A stretch of 64,000 bases of DNA from the human T2T-CHM13v2.0 reference genome, Homo sapiens, in NCBI RefSeq assembly GCF_009914755.1, contig NC_060927.1; one strand, given 5' to 3'. Each line of letters begins with the position of its first letter. Position 1 is the first letter of the stretch. A program made the position numbers and the translations under genes. The notes beneath the pieces are model-generated. The model was given only the letters and a program-made list of their open reading frames with translations, was not told the origin of the DNA and did no database searches. Shown here in pieces: positions 43,451 through 56,850 of the stretch.

Positions 43451-44997
43451 CTGTGGTGTCTCTGTCTTCCTCAATCTTATGTTTGTTAGTAAGAAAGACC
43501 AGAAGTAAGCAAGGGAACAAATAAGAAAGATAGTTCTTTTCAGATTTTGATAATTGATAAGGAAATAGCATGTAAGAGTGACAGAAATGAGGCTGGTGTC
43601 AGGTGTAGCAGTTAAGGTGGGATTTTTTGAAAAGATGAATTTAAGATTAAACCTGAACAGTAAGGACAAACAGGTCTGTGCAGAGCTGGGCGTATTAACC
43701 CATCTCTCACTCCTTAGGTCCACATCCCCCTTCCCCTCCAAGTGCCTGCTTATTATACACAGAGCTCAGCTAAATGCTGGTTCCTGGAAGACTATCTCGA
43801 ATGCCCTCTTTTGGGTTACCTTTACTACAGCACCCATCACAAGGCACTGTAATTGCCTATTTGGTTTCATTCTTCCCACCTCCCTCCACTAGACTTGAAA
43901 TATCTTGGGGGCAGGGACATATGTCTTAGTGATCATATCTCGCTAGCGTTTAGCTCATAAACTAGGTTAAATGGAGTCTACTCTAAACTCAAAATTAGAT
44001 TCCATCAAGCCCACTGTGAAAATCAAGAAGATCCTCTAACAAGTTGCAGATTCTTAAGTTCTATCACTTATCTTTTTTTGTACACATCCTTCCCCCCTCG
44101 TACTCTCTTCTCCAAGCACTATTCTTTCATTTCTAAAACCTAATTATTGCCCCACCCCCAAAACATGCCCATTTCCCTCGTGTTATTAAAAGGCACCGTC
44201 ATCCATCCAGTTGAGCAAGCCGAAAACTAGGAATTAGCCTTGGTGTGTCACGTTTCCTCACCCTTACCCATCACATCCAGTCCTTCAGGACCCACACCTC
44301 CTCAACTAGTCCTGTCTCACTGTCTCTACTCTCAGCTCTAGCCCAGGCCAGCTCTAGCCTTTCCTTTGCCTGGGCCACTGCAGCAATCCACTGACTGGTC
44401 TTTCTGTGCCCTTGCTTACCTTCCATATATCCGTTGTTCACACAGAAGACAAACACATCTTTTCAAGCTCAAAAGAAGATCATATCTGTCCCTTTTCTTA
44501 GACACCCCAGTGGCTGCCCGTCGAACGTAAACATGTGAACTTAAGTAAACAAGTAAAAACAAGTAAATAAACAAGTAAAAATACAGCTCAAAGATTTGAG
44601 CTCACAGCCCTGAATGGAATAACCATTGTCTCTTCAACCACATCTTATTACTCTCAGTTTCCAGGTACATTGGTCCCTCCACTTGCCCTTCTTAGGACCC
44701 TTTATTCTCTGTTGCCTGTTAAATTATTAAATGTTAAATGGAACCCCGTGTTAATCTCCTTAACATCGCGAACACTTAAAACTATACAGTGACAAGTCAG
44801 TGAACCATAGTGAAACTCCATTCCCCAATGACACCTTCATTCCTGATTTTCCTGGTAACATTTGTAATATCAAAAATTCATGATAACAGGCAACTGATTT
44901 AATGATAACTCCAGTTAAAAGGCCTTGGGGAAGGAACTTGACAACCTTACTGCCTTCTAATGGTATTGTTTTTCCTTTTTTCTTTTTCGCAATGCAG

Positions 44998-45056
44998 AAT
45001 ATGAGTTGGAAGTAAAGAGGGTGCAAGACATTCTTTCGGGAATAGAGAAACCACAG
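44998..45056 (+). CDS. FNDC3B: FNDC3B coding exon (canonical exon 7, 59 nt), EYELEVKRVQDILSGIEKPQ
   Basis: Long pyrimidine tract with atgcag acceptor and CAG|gtatgt donor. In frame with exon 6 (G|AA) and exon 8. Not present in the ORF track. Confidence 0.95.
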
Positions 45057-48000
45057 GTATGTCTTCTGGATTTCTCAGCATAAATGACACTTTTTAAAGT
45101 ATTTCAAATGTGCTTTTTTTTTTTTCCACCACACAGTAGGTAAGGAAAAGGGCTCTTTCCCTTTGCAGATTACTCATCAACTATGAAATAGTGTTCGGTT
45201 CAGTTATTAATGGACCATGAGACATAGAACAGTAGCCTTCTGTGTGTAGTCGTAATCTACTGAAATGTCTTCTTTATTTAGGTATTCTGAATGCAATTAG
45301 ATATTCTTTCCAAAGATTCTTTTTTTTCTCTCTCTTTTTTCAGTCTACAGTTTTCTTTTGGTAGTTTTTTTTTTAACCATATAAATGTAGTAATAATTTT
45401 TGAAAACCTCAGTAATCCCAAGTATTTTTCCAAGTAAACTTCAAAAAGATATTTAAATATTAGCTGTGAAAAATAAGTCCAGAACATTGGGTGCAATGGC
45501 AAGACAAAAAAATGGTCGAAGTGGTGAGGTTTTGATTTTGCCAGGTGCTTTGAAATTCAAGTGAAAAACTCAGAATGTTGATTCAGCCTTTCATCTGAGA
45601 TTAGAGAGCCAGAGTTCTTTGGAGTATTTTCTAGCTGAATTGGAAAACCTTGATTCTGCATGTGTTTCAAATACTGAGGCTTTTTAACAGAAGAGTCCAA
45701 ACATGCCTCAGGGTACATAGTTGAATTTGACAACCTAAAAGCTTGAGGTGTGTTGAAGGACAGGCATAATAAGGCACTTGTAGAGGAGTGGGGTGTTGCC
45801 GTTGGGAGGGGTGCAGGGAGTCTGTACTTACTCTGGTGAGGAGCAGGCTGCCACTGGGGGTTTTTGAGCAAAGAAGTTATGTAATCAGGGCTGCATTTTC
45901 AGAATGATCAAACAGTTGGTGGATGAGTTGGAGTGAGAAGAAGATAGATGCAGGGAAGAGCAGTGTTAGAATCTGCTACTGTAGTCCTGGTGAAAGGCTA
46001 TGGGAGTCAAAATTAGGGTGGTGACATCTGTGTGGCAGGCAGCAGGGGACAGATACAAGAGCCATTCCAGAGATAGAATACGGCACTATAACCTGTTAGA
46101 ATAGATATCAAATGTCAAGGATAACTGGGCTTTCGGGTTTGGATGCCTCCTCTCAGGAATTGCTTCCTCTAAGACGCCTTCCTGATTGCTGTCCATGCCC
46201 ATCAAGTGGGAGGCTCTACCCCCAGCTTTGCTGTGCCCTTCATGGACTTCTGCTACTGTATTTAATATATTGTACTGCATCTACTTGTTTCTGTGTCTTT
46301 CCCGGTCTGTGGTTTCTCTAGGACAGGTTCACAGCTTTGTCCTTTTTGTATCTTCAGTGCCATTCTTGGACATGCTGAGTTTGTTTCACTGTCAGGGACT
46401 CTGGAAAGATAGATACAGCGGGCGGTCGCAAATGTCTGGTAGGCCGATGCTGAGGAGCGAGGAGGAACAAGATACAAGACAGGGAGATCACATGCATAGC
46501 AATGATACTTCATGTTGTAGGATTGGATGATAGCTTTGCAGACGGGGGTGCAGTATAAGGGAGAGATCAGAAAAGGTGTGAGGGCAGAATTATGGAAAAA
46601 GCTTATGTTTGTAGCATAGTAGAAAGAAGAAAAATCTGTAAGGAAAACAGAGGAGTCAGAGAGAGAGGGCAGAGCAGCGGGTTCACTCATGGCCCCAAAT
46701 GTAGTTTCAGAACTCCATAGTCGCTTCTTAATCATGTTTATGCACACAGTGCTGTTCCTCAGATATTCCTAGTCACTGCTCTGCTGAAGAAGTGACAGAA
46801 TCTCTGTTTCTTGTGGGTGAGATGGCTCTAGCAAGACAAAAGCCATATTTAGATTCATTGGTCCTTTTTCTTGATGCAGTATTTCTTAGGCATTTAATCT
46901 TTTGAGGTTTTAGGGCAGGGTAATAGGCTTTTTGTAAGTAGCTGTGTTGTAAAATATAATAGGGTAAGAGCGTCATCTGAGAACTTTTGCCTGTATCATT
47001 TGGAAACAAGCATTGCTTGGCTACAGAAGCACACAGATGTTAGCTCTATCCATGACAGTCTGGCCAGGCCGTTCTGTACCCATCGCAGAGAATTGGCTTC
47101 TCAGAGCCTAGTGCCTTTAGGCCCCTGAATCATGTAGATAACTCCCCTTGTTTTCATTTGGTGCTCACTTAGTAGCCTTTTGAGAATTTGACTTCCTTGT
47201 TGCCAACAGAGAGAAAGTATGTGAGGCAGGTTGACAGTGCTATCTAATCTACCAGATACTTCTGTTTCTCATTATGAATCAATTAACTGGCAGTCTGATT
47301 GTATATATCTGATTCCATAAGTCTTATAGTTTGACATTCAAGTCTGACTCTGGAATACCGGCTAGATTGTCTGAGTCACTGGGCAGGGGCCTGGACCTGG
47401 CGAATTCACTCAGGTAAATGCCACAAGGTAACAGCCTGTCTGCAGGGCCAGCCAGCTTAACTGGACTCTATCCTGTCTCATTACCCTCCTCCAAACCTTT
47501 GAAGTGGACTTTGAATGAGAAATTCAGTCAAAAGATAACATTTCCATATCAGCGTGGCTTAGATGGGCACAGACGTAGTCAGTATAGCTGAAGAGTTTCC
47601 TTAGTCCTATAAAGCTGGAGTTGTTAATTCTGTAGCATAAGCAGCACATTATCTTTCTAGGTTTGGAAAAGGCACGTTGAGAAACTTTCTGGAGGTGAGT
47701 AGAAACAAAGCCTCAAGTAGTTACACACTCCAGAGTCATGAAAGATCTGTAGATCCGCATTTATATCTCATGCCCTTTTTAACAGTGAGGCTTGAACTTG
47801 CCAAAATACTACACCCTACCTTTTAAGCAGTTTGATGAAAATCACCTGATAGGAAGTGGGCGTCTCTGGACACAGTTGCTTTGCCAACATGTGGGTGGTG
47901 GTTGGTGCTAACCACCCTGCATGTCTGGTTCTCTGGATGGCAGTGTAAGTGTATCCAGGTTGCCTGGGCTGAAGGCATATCAGACAAGGGGAGTTTGTAT

Positions 48001-48069
48001 GAAGAGTGCCATGCTTGTTCGTGCCTCCTGCTTTTGCACATGACTAAAACAACTTCTCTTTCTCTCCAC

Positions 48070-48550
48070 CTATATGTTTCCTATTGCTGCTGTAATGATT
48101 TACCACAAATTGAATGGCGTAAAACAGTACAAATTTATTGTCATAAAGGTCTAGAGGCCAGAAAGTCCAAAATGTCTCTGGCTAGGCTGTAATCAAGGTG
48201 TTGGCAGGGCTATATTTCTTTCTAGAGGCTTTGGGACAAAATCTGTTTTCTTGCCTTTTCCAGTTTCTAAAGGCAGCCTGCATCCCTTGGCTTTGTCTGC
48301 AAAGTCAGCAGCCATATTCCCCCAGCTTCTGCTTCCATTCTCACATGCCTGTCTCTCACTGTCCTGCCTCCCTCTTTCACTTATAAGGACCCCCGTGATT
48401 TTACTGGGCCCAGCCAGATAATCCAGGTTAAGTCTCCCCTTCACGAGAGCCTTAACTTGGTCACACCTTCAAAGTCCCTTTTGCCATATAAGGTAATATA
48501 TTCATAGGTTCCAAGGACTAGGATGTGGACCTCTTTGGGGACCTACCACA
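48070..48550 (-). mobile_element. MLT1-family MaLR LTR
   Basis: tttcctattgctgctgtaa...tagaggccagaagtcc...cacttataaggacccc...cagataatccagg...aaagtcccttttgcca. Confidence 0.75.
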
Positions 48551-50309
48551 CTCCCCTTCTGATCCTCATAAATGTTATTGCCTGAGACAGTCCACTGTTT
48601 CTTTCCAGCCCAATTAGTTGTTGATGCAGTTTCTGTCTTTCCTCTTCGTACCACTTTTCTCTCTGAAGTTCTTGTTTGTGATTGTGTGTTATTTAACTTT
48701 TCGCTCCTAATACCTAGCACTGTCCTTGGGACATAGTGACCCCTTAATAGATCTTTGCTGAATAACTGTGTGGCTGTAGCTGGGTTCTGGCCGGGGGCAC
48801 AAACGCCGGAAGTCTGACCAGCCTCAGGATGTGCCTCCGCCAGCGTGTAAGGCAGCAGCCACTAGAGGGAAGGCCTGTGCTTTGCAATCTGGCACTCTGG
48901 GTTGGGACTTGCATTGGCTGTTACCTGTCTTTGTGACCTTGGGTAAGTTACATCATTTCTTTGTGCCTCAGTTTCCTCATCTTTGAAAGGTAGGATAAGA
49001 AATACTACCTGGGACTATATGAGAAGTAAATTATATACTTGGAATGCAGTATTTATAGTTTGTAGCGTATCACTAAGCAAAAGTGAAACTTCTGTGCTCT
49101 TACATGGGAAGGAAGAGGTATCAGGCCATCTGACAGGGAAAGAAGCAGAGCCATGCAAAGTTGGGAGCACAGTTGTAAAAAGGATTATTTAATTTTGTGT
49201 TCCTTTCAGCCACAACTGGTAGCACCTCTAAATAAAAGGCATATATTTTGCTTTGAGGTTTTGCAGATGATTTTATTTAGGTGCAGAACTTGTGGATTCC
49301 AGTCATCTTTCTAGGACTTTGGGCACCCTGAATTGAGCAAGTCTTTTACTCTTCAGAGACCCAGCTACTGCAAAGGTCCAAATACTTAGTTTCATTTAAA
49401 TTTTATTAAAATGGTATACAAGTATACTAGGTATTTATCTTGGGACTGGAACAGTTAGGTGCTATGGGGACTTCACTGGTATAGCCTCCACCATGACAGA
49501 GCAATAAGCCTGATATTATTCTGAGTGGCTTAGGAATTAGCCAGCCATCTCGAGCCTAATGTGGTCTGACCTTCTCTGGTGGTGGTGCTAGATGTAGTCT
49601 CCCATAGACTGGTGGGCTGTTTATTTTCAGGATATAAATAATGTAACCTGGAATTGTGGTTCTGCATTGTTTCCATCCGCGAATGTTTAGCTTGTTGGAA
49701 CAATTGATTTGTCGGTTCCAGAAGCGAGTAAACTGACCTGCGAGGAACACTTCCCCTGTAAGAAGCAATCCCTTGAAAGATAAACAGTAGTGCATCTGGG
49801 AGCAGATAGGCGGCTCTTAGCACTTCAGGAATCATAAAAACAGATGACTGTGAAATTCTTAGATTTCAGTATCCTTTTTCTTTAACCTTTTCCTTTTTCA
49901 TTTATTTTCCTTTGTGGTGGTGTTTCTCATGATGATCCTTTAGAAGTGAAGCCAGTATTTGTGTGGTAATATTTCCTTAGTGTACTCTTTAATTAGATCA
50001 GTAGGCCTCCCACATAGTTCAATCCAAAGGCCAGAGCAAATTTAGAAGCTACCAATGTACAAGGAAATATTTTTGAACATGAAAGAAACAATTTAGTAAC
50101 TATGAGAATAAATGGTGTTTCTGATCCAAGTACTATCATTTGCATAATAATAAAATATCAGAAAAAAATGGAAAATTTTACAGAACAGTATTAAAATATT
50201 GGGATGAACAGGAGAGAAGGTGCAAGGAGAAAGCAAGCTATGGATTACGTATCAAATAGCTACAGGACAATGCGGTTTTATAATTTCCTTATACACACAC
50301 ATATAGAAC

Positions 50310-50686
50310 AACTGCTTTCAAGTTGGAATCTACATTTAATAAATAGACGAGTGATTTCTAATCAGTATGTGACCATTTACAAGTAGGAAGTAATTTTATG
50401 AGTCCTTCAAGGTGCTCAAAAGCAGTTTAGTTTAAATAATTCATATGCAGACTTACACTAGTAACCTGTACAACAGACCCTTTTATAGCAGTTATTGAAC
50501 TGCTTTTGAATTGGAATCTACATTTAATAAATAGACAGGAATGATTTATAATTAGTATGTGACCACTTAGTAGTAGGAAGTAATTTTGTGAGTCCTTCAA
50601 GGTGCTCAAAAGCAGTTTAGTTTAAATAATTCATATGCAAATGTATACTAGTAACCTATACAACAGACCCCTTTATATTACTATTG
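50310..50686. repeat. Tandem duplication, two copies of a ~188-bp unit (50310-50497 and 50498-50686)
   Basis: Long identical blocks occur in both copies, e.g. ttggaatctacatttaataaatagac and gagtccttcaaggtgctcaaaagcagtttagtttaaataattcatatgca. Confidence 0.95.
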
Positions 50687-53323
50687 CAGAAACAAATGTC
50701 AGATTGCACCTCGTCCAATAATTTTATAACTACAAATTACCCCTTTTATCACCATTACAAAGGAGATTGACTTTCTAGTTACGGTAGGTTAATTAAATAT
50801 CAGGAAGTCAGTTTTATGGCTTCTAAACTTTTTTGAGGGGTGAGGGGAACAAACAGCCATGGTGATCACTGTGATGATCAGATTAGCCGTGCCCTAGTTA
50901 AGCTTGTTGGTCACTGCTGGCAAGAAAGTTTCAGCACAGGCAGACTTGCAATGTGAAGGTCATATATGAGTGTTGTTGCTCTGAAATCGGCATGAACCTA
51001 GATAGAGTTCCTAGAGTTCCAAATCTCTCATTAAGGCATTACCTCCCAGGACACTTGGAGTAAATATGTCTAGTGCTGAGAATTCACCTTCAAGTGACAT
51101 TCTCTTGAAAGACAGCATGTCAGTTTCTGGAATCAGCCTTAAGTGGAAACAAGTTCCAAGTCCTAATGGAGACTAAGTGATCTTTTTCTCCTCATTCCAT
51201 TGCCTAAACAAGGGAAACCTCGGGCCAAGAGTCAGTGAAAGGGAGAGAGCAGGAGGACAAGAAGGATTTGGCCCCAGAACATCATCATGATCTGGGTGTC
51301 AGGCTGCTTAGCTCAAGGAAAGAATTCACAGAAACCGCTTTCCTTTGAGAATGATGCTGAGTTCTCAAACTGCATTTCTGATAGGCTGGCACATTGGAAG
51401 AATGTATTTCCACAAACACCTGCATTGCATGCTGATGACAGTGTACATCCTGAAGGCTTGCTTAGGGACTCTAGGGAAAAAGTGAATGTTATTTTAGTTG
51501 ATGCTTCAAGTGTTGTATTTCTCTGTTCAGGTAAATAATAATTTAACCAAGTCCTAAGGGAAAAAAGTAAAGTTGTCATAGCTGACATAAAAGGTAGAGT
51601 TTAAAGGGATGTGACTTCATGGATATTTGTTTGGTATCTAGAACGTTGGCATTTGACTGAGCTATTTTGAGACATGGTTATTTCACACCACCATTCATGG
51701 AATCAGTGTTACTGTCTTCTGTGTTCTTGGGTGCAAAGCAGCCACTTATCACCTTGGCTGAGTGTTTTCCAGTACCTAATGAGCCTCCTTTTTTTCCAAG
51801 AAACCAAACTCTTTGTAACAAATTATCTCCCACGTTAAAAATAAAATATGATACCCAATACCTCAGGATTACTCATTAATGGTATGTGAAGGAATTGAGC
51901 AGATATACTGTTGTATGTTGGAAATGCTGTCTTAAAATCTAGGTAGAGAAACAACACACAAATAACCAAGTAATGCTCTGTGTAATGGAATATGCACCAA
52001 ATGCAGGGATGGAAAATAGGCAAGAGTACAAAGAAGAGTGGTTGAATCTGACAGTGCAGACGGTACAGGAACCTGTCCAGAATCAGTCTCAGAACACTTA
52101 AGAGTCCCTCTGTGTTCAGTATATCTGCCATGAGGCCCCTCATGTGCCTGTCTCTCTTCAACAGGTTGGGGCTCCTCGAGGCCAAAGATCATACCTTAAT
52201 CATCTTTGTATCCACAGCCCCTCACAGGGTGAGGTATGACCATTAAATGAGTAAACAAAGGCAGCATTTGAAGTGGGTCCAAGAGAAGTTGGTTAAAACC
52301 AAGGAAGTAGGAGAGTTAAAAGCTAAGTCCCAGGGGTGTGAGAGAGGGCATAAGAGAGGCCAGCATCCTGGAGGGTTGGTCACAGCATCGTGGTGCAGAT
52401 GGGTTGGAGGGGTGGGGAAGAGGAGCTGCTAGTCTGGAGCTATAGCAGTCTTCCTCAGATGTTTTAAAGAGATGTGTAATGCAAGCCTACCATCTTCTGA
52501 TAGTCTGTGTCAGAAACTCAGACTATCTTATTTCCCTAGATTTTTTATTCAACAAACATTTACTAAGCAACCACTGATCACAGTTGACTATGACTTGGAT
52601 TCTGTCCTTAGGGAGTCTCAAAGCCCAAGGGAGGTAGACAAAGGCCATAATGTGATTAGCAATTATAGCAGTATCCACAAGGTTCTGTAGAACATGGAGG
52701 AGTGACAATGCATGAGATAATTTAGAGAAGGCTACTGGGAGGTAGTGAGGCCGGGCTGCGGTCTTTAAGGATGAGCAGGAGTTTGACTAAATAATTGGCT
52801 AAATATATCATGATATTCTATTTATATGGAATAAATAGTACGAAGTGATCTCCACTAAAAATGTAGTGAAGGACAGACTGAAGAGAGACTCTGCATTCAT
52901 TTTCCATATTTATTATTTGTATTTCAAGTATTTAATAATTCCAATAATCTTTATGTAGATCCTATAGTGACAAAAATGGAAGAAGGAAAAAAAGGGACTG
53001 AACAGTTTACCTGTCTCCATCTACAGCCTAATAATCTACAGCTATAAAGTCTTTGTGAACATTAAGCTTTAGCGTCTGTATTGTCTTTTTTGTTTTTAAT
53101 ATGCTATCCAGACCAATATCCAGATAGCAATAGAATAGCCTTTAGACAGTTACAGCGTTAAAGTTTTGTCCTTAGATTTATTTTAAATAATTAGATCATA
53201 TTTTAGGTTGGGTTTCTCCAGAAATGGTCTCTAAAACCAAGTATTGAGTGCAAATAGTTTATGTGGGGATGTGATCCAGGAAGCCCTGGTTAGAGACAAG
53301 GGAACTGAGACAGAGAAGGGAAG

Positions 53324-53699
53324 TGTATTAGTCTGTTCTCGCATTGCTATGAAGAGCTACCTGAGATTGGGTAATTTATGAAGAAAAGAGGTTTAATTGA
53401 CTCATGCTTCTGCAGGCTGTACAAGCATGGCTGGGAAGGCCTCAGGAGACTTACAATCATGGTGGAAGAAAAGGGGAAGCAGACATGTCTTACGTTGCCC
53501 GAGAAGGAGGAAGATAGAGAGAAGGGGGAAGTGCCACACACTTTTAAACAACCAGATCTTGTGAGAACTCACATCAGGAGAACAGCAAGGGGGAAGTCCA
53601 CCACAATGATCCAGTCACCTCCCACCAGGCCCTCCTCCAAGATTGGGGATTGCAATCTGACATGAGATTTGGGTGGGGACACAAATCCAAACCGTATCA
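53324..53699 (-). mobile_element. MST-type (MSTA-like) solo LTR
   Basis: Termini tgtattagtctgttct and caaaccgtatca, with a 5-bp TSD GGAAG at 53319-53323 and 53700-53704. Confidence 0.88.
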
Positions 53700-54439
53700 G
53701 GAAGGAAGCCCATGCGGGGGTCTATCAATAAACAGGTTACAGCTGTGGCCAGTCAGAGCTTAGTCCTTATAAACACCTCTGGAAGATGGAGTAGATTTTG
53801 TAAAACATGCCTCAGAGTAGTATTTTAAGAAGGTTCTGGGTATTTTAAGTCCCAGAGTCTTCGGTTCAAATGAAATCTGAAGCAGAGGCTAAACCAAAAG
53901 TATGAAAGCAGAGCTTAGAGAGGTGAAACATCTCCACATCTATAATGATATTAATCCCATATCAGCCTGGTCCTTGGTTCCAGTTTTCCACCCATTGGGT
54001 TCTCCTGGGAATCTGCAGGACTTCAGCGGGTATTGTTGGAAAGGTATTAGCTTTGAAGAATGATTTGACACCATGCAAGGCTTGAAACCAGATCAAAGTA
54101 CCTGTGGGTATGGCTTCTTCCACGTAATGTAGAAATCATACATTCAGCTTTTTACTTACGTTAAAAAAAAATTCCCTCGCATGACATTATTTTACTTTAT
54201 GGAGGACAGAATGCAAATTGCACTGGATTTGGATGAAAGTTGGCATTATAAGGACAGATGTTGCAAGAACCATATTTTGGATACCAGGACTTTGAAAGAG
54301 AGCACCATATAAGATGTCTTTCATTGTAATTAAACTAGTTTACCTTGGATTAACTGTGAGCCAGTTTTATGCCACTACTAATAATTCTGAAAATGTAAAA
54401 TGGATTTGAATACTTTTGTCCCATGTTTTTCTTCCTCAG

Positions 54440-54591
54440 GTTTCTAATATTCAGGCAAGAGCAGTTGTGTTGTCCTGGGCTCCCCCTGTTGGACTTTCCT
54501 GTGGACCCCACAGTGGTCTTTCCTTCCCCTACAGTTACGAGGTGGCCTTATCAGACAAAGGACGAGATGGAAAATACAAGATAATTTACAG
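54440..54591 (+). CDS. FNDC3B: FNDC3B coding exon (canonical exon 8, 152 nt), start of first FN3 repeat VSNIQARAVVLSWAPP...YEVALSDKGRDGKYKIIY
   Basis: cttcctcag acceptor, FN3 hallmark LSW-PP and Y-V motifs, AG|gttgtg donor giving Y-S-G with the next exon. Confidence 0.95.
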
Positions 54592-55812
54592 GTTGTGTAT
54601 GTTTCTATTGTTTTTCTTTGCTGCTAAACTGTAAAATTGGAGTTGTGAAGGAAAATGGAAAACAAAGGAAAACCTTATAGGCTTGGCAAATTTTCCTTTA
54701 GTTTATTTTAAGATTTAGTAATAATTATAATGCTAAGAATTCATTGTGTCCAGAGTAATTCTTATTTGGAAATGAGTAGCATAGAGCTATTTGGTATGGG
54801 TGTAATACATCACTTGGTTATATTTGCTGTCAGTAGAGTATTAATGAAAACTTTCTGTTAATGTCTGTCGGCAAAAGGCGATTATGACTTTTAGTTTTTG
54901 CATACATTGGGCGATTATAAGGTGACCGCTTATGTTTTAGATCCAGACCTTTTTGTAGCCCTGTTTTTTAAAGTTCTACAATATGTTTCCTTCTGTTTTA
55001 CCCTATTTCTTACCTTGCACAATAGTTTCCAGCCTGTAATAAAGATACTTTAAAACATTTCATTTGGAGGCCTTAAGTGGTCAAAAGTTTGGCTCACAGG
55101 GAAGGGATTAGCCCCTTCTGCTCTGTGGACTCCCAGGTATTGACCATTCAAAAGATTTATAACTGTGTTCTAAATGTGAGAAAAATTTTAGGGCCACGTC
55201 TTTCTTCTTTGTAATTACTGGGTACTGCTCAGATTTGCAGAGCAGGAAATCAGAAAGTTAGTTTTGTTTTAACTGCTTGTTTGGCCTCCCTGTGAGTGGA
55301 CCCTCCAGTGACTGCCCGTGCCCAGGGTAATAATGTGGTCACACAATCCTCACTTTTTCTGCCAGAGATGTTTCTTTTCTCCCCTATTTTCCTGCTGCAT
55401 CAGTGCCACAGATGCGTATCTCCCCTTTCCTGTTCCTAATTCTTGCTCCACAGACAGTCTTCCTGACAAGGAAAGAGGGACAGAGGTTAAGGACTCAAGC
55501 CCTGTGGCTGCTGTGTCCTCCTCTTGCTACCCAGGCTACCTCCACTGTCTCTTCCCTGGACGCCCTCAGGAGTCTCCTGCAGGTCTTCCACCCCCGACTC
55601 TTGCTCTTCTACAAGCTTGCCTACTCACTGCAGAAACAAACTCAGGCCAGATCACTGCCCTTCTGATAACACTCCAGGGATTCCCCACTGTATTTAGGAT
55701 ATTCCTAACTCTGGCTCATCACCGTTTTATTCTAGTCTGAAAAATCAGAATTAGTAGCAACTTTAAAGAAATACAGAGTGCCATGTCCCCCATGCCTGGC
55801 AAGGAACAGATG

Positions 55813-56017
55813 CAATTGACCCTTGAACAACACAGGTCTGAACTGCACGGACCCACTTATGCACGGATTCCTTGTCAGCCACATGCAGACCAGAACAATA
55901 TTCACGGGATATGAGACCTGTGGATATGCAGGGCCAACTGGGGACTTGAGTATGTGTATACGCTCTGTGGGGGTGGGGTCCTGGTACTGATTCCTTGTGT
56001 ATACTGCGGGACAACTG
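55813..56017. mobile_element. MER8/Tigger2-derived MITE
   Basis: caattgacccttgaacaacacagg...gaactgcacgg.ccacttat at one end and gggacaactg at the other. Confidence 0.72.
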
Positions 56018-56559
56018 TGGATAGAGTCTTTTCATGCAAGATGAACATTGGTGGCAGGAGCTAGAGGCTCACGTGCCCAGAGAGGCTCAGCAGGTAACAT
56101 ACATGAGCAAAGTGGAAAGGCTGAAAATGAGGTGAACAGGAGAGCTCCTGTTGCCATCGAAAGGAAGCAGTCACCACTCAGCCTAAGTTGATTGTTGCTA
56201 AAATTTGCTGATTCTTTGAATTTTTTTTCAAAAGATGCTGAAAATCTGAATTATTATACAAACTTCCCTGTTATTAAATTAATGGAACAAATGCAAGATA
56301 TTTTAAAGATACAATGTAGGCCAGACAACAGAGCTTCAGGCAAGGTCTGGACACAGCTTCCAGTTTTCAACTTAAAACCCAGCCTTTTATTTGGAATAGT
56401 TTCAAACTTATAAGATGTCCCCAAAATAGAGAAATCAAGGAATACCTATATACTCCATATCCAGATTCACTTGTTATTAACTTTATACTCTGCTTTATCA
56501 TTTGAACTCCTTCCTCTTTTCCTCTTTCTGTCCTCAATCCACATTTTTTTCCATAAGTG

Positions 56560-56850
56560 TTTTTTTTTTGAGACAGAGTCTTGCTCTGTCGCCCAGGCTG
56601 GAGTGCAGTGGCACTATCTTGGCTCACTGCAAGCTCCGCCTCCTGGGTTCACGCCATTCTCCTGCCTCAGCCTCCTGAGTAGGTAGGATTACAGGTGCCC
56701 GCCACCACGCCCGGCTAATTTTTTGTATTTTTAGTAGAGATGGGGTTTCACCGTGTTAGCCAGGATGGTCTCGATCTCCTGACCTCGTGATCCGCCCTCC
56801 TTGGCCTCCCAAAGTGCTGGGATAACAGGCGTGAGCCACTGCGCCCGGCC
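56560..56850 (-). mobile_element. Alu (AluY-like)
   Basis: Diagnostics gcaagctccgcc, ttcacgccattctcc and ccgtgttagccaggatgg, with CpGs retained. Confidence 0.95.
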
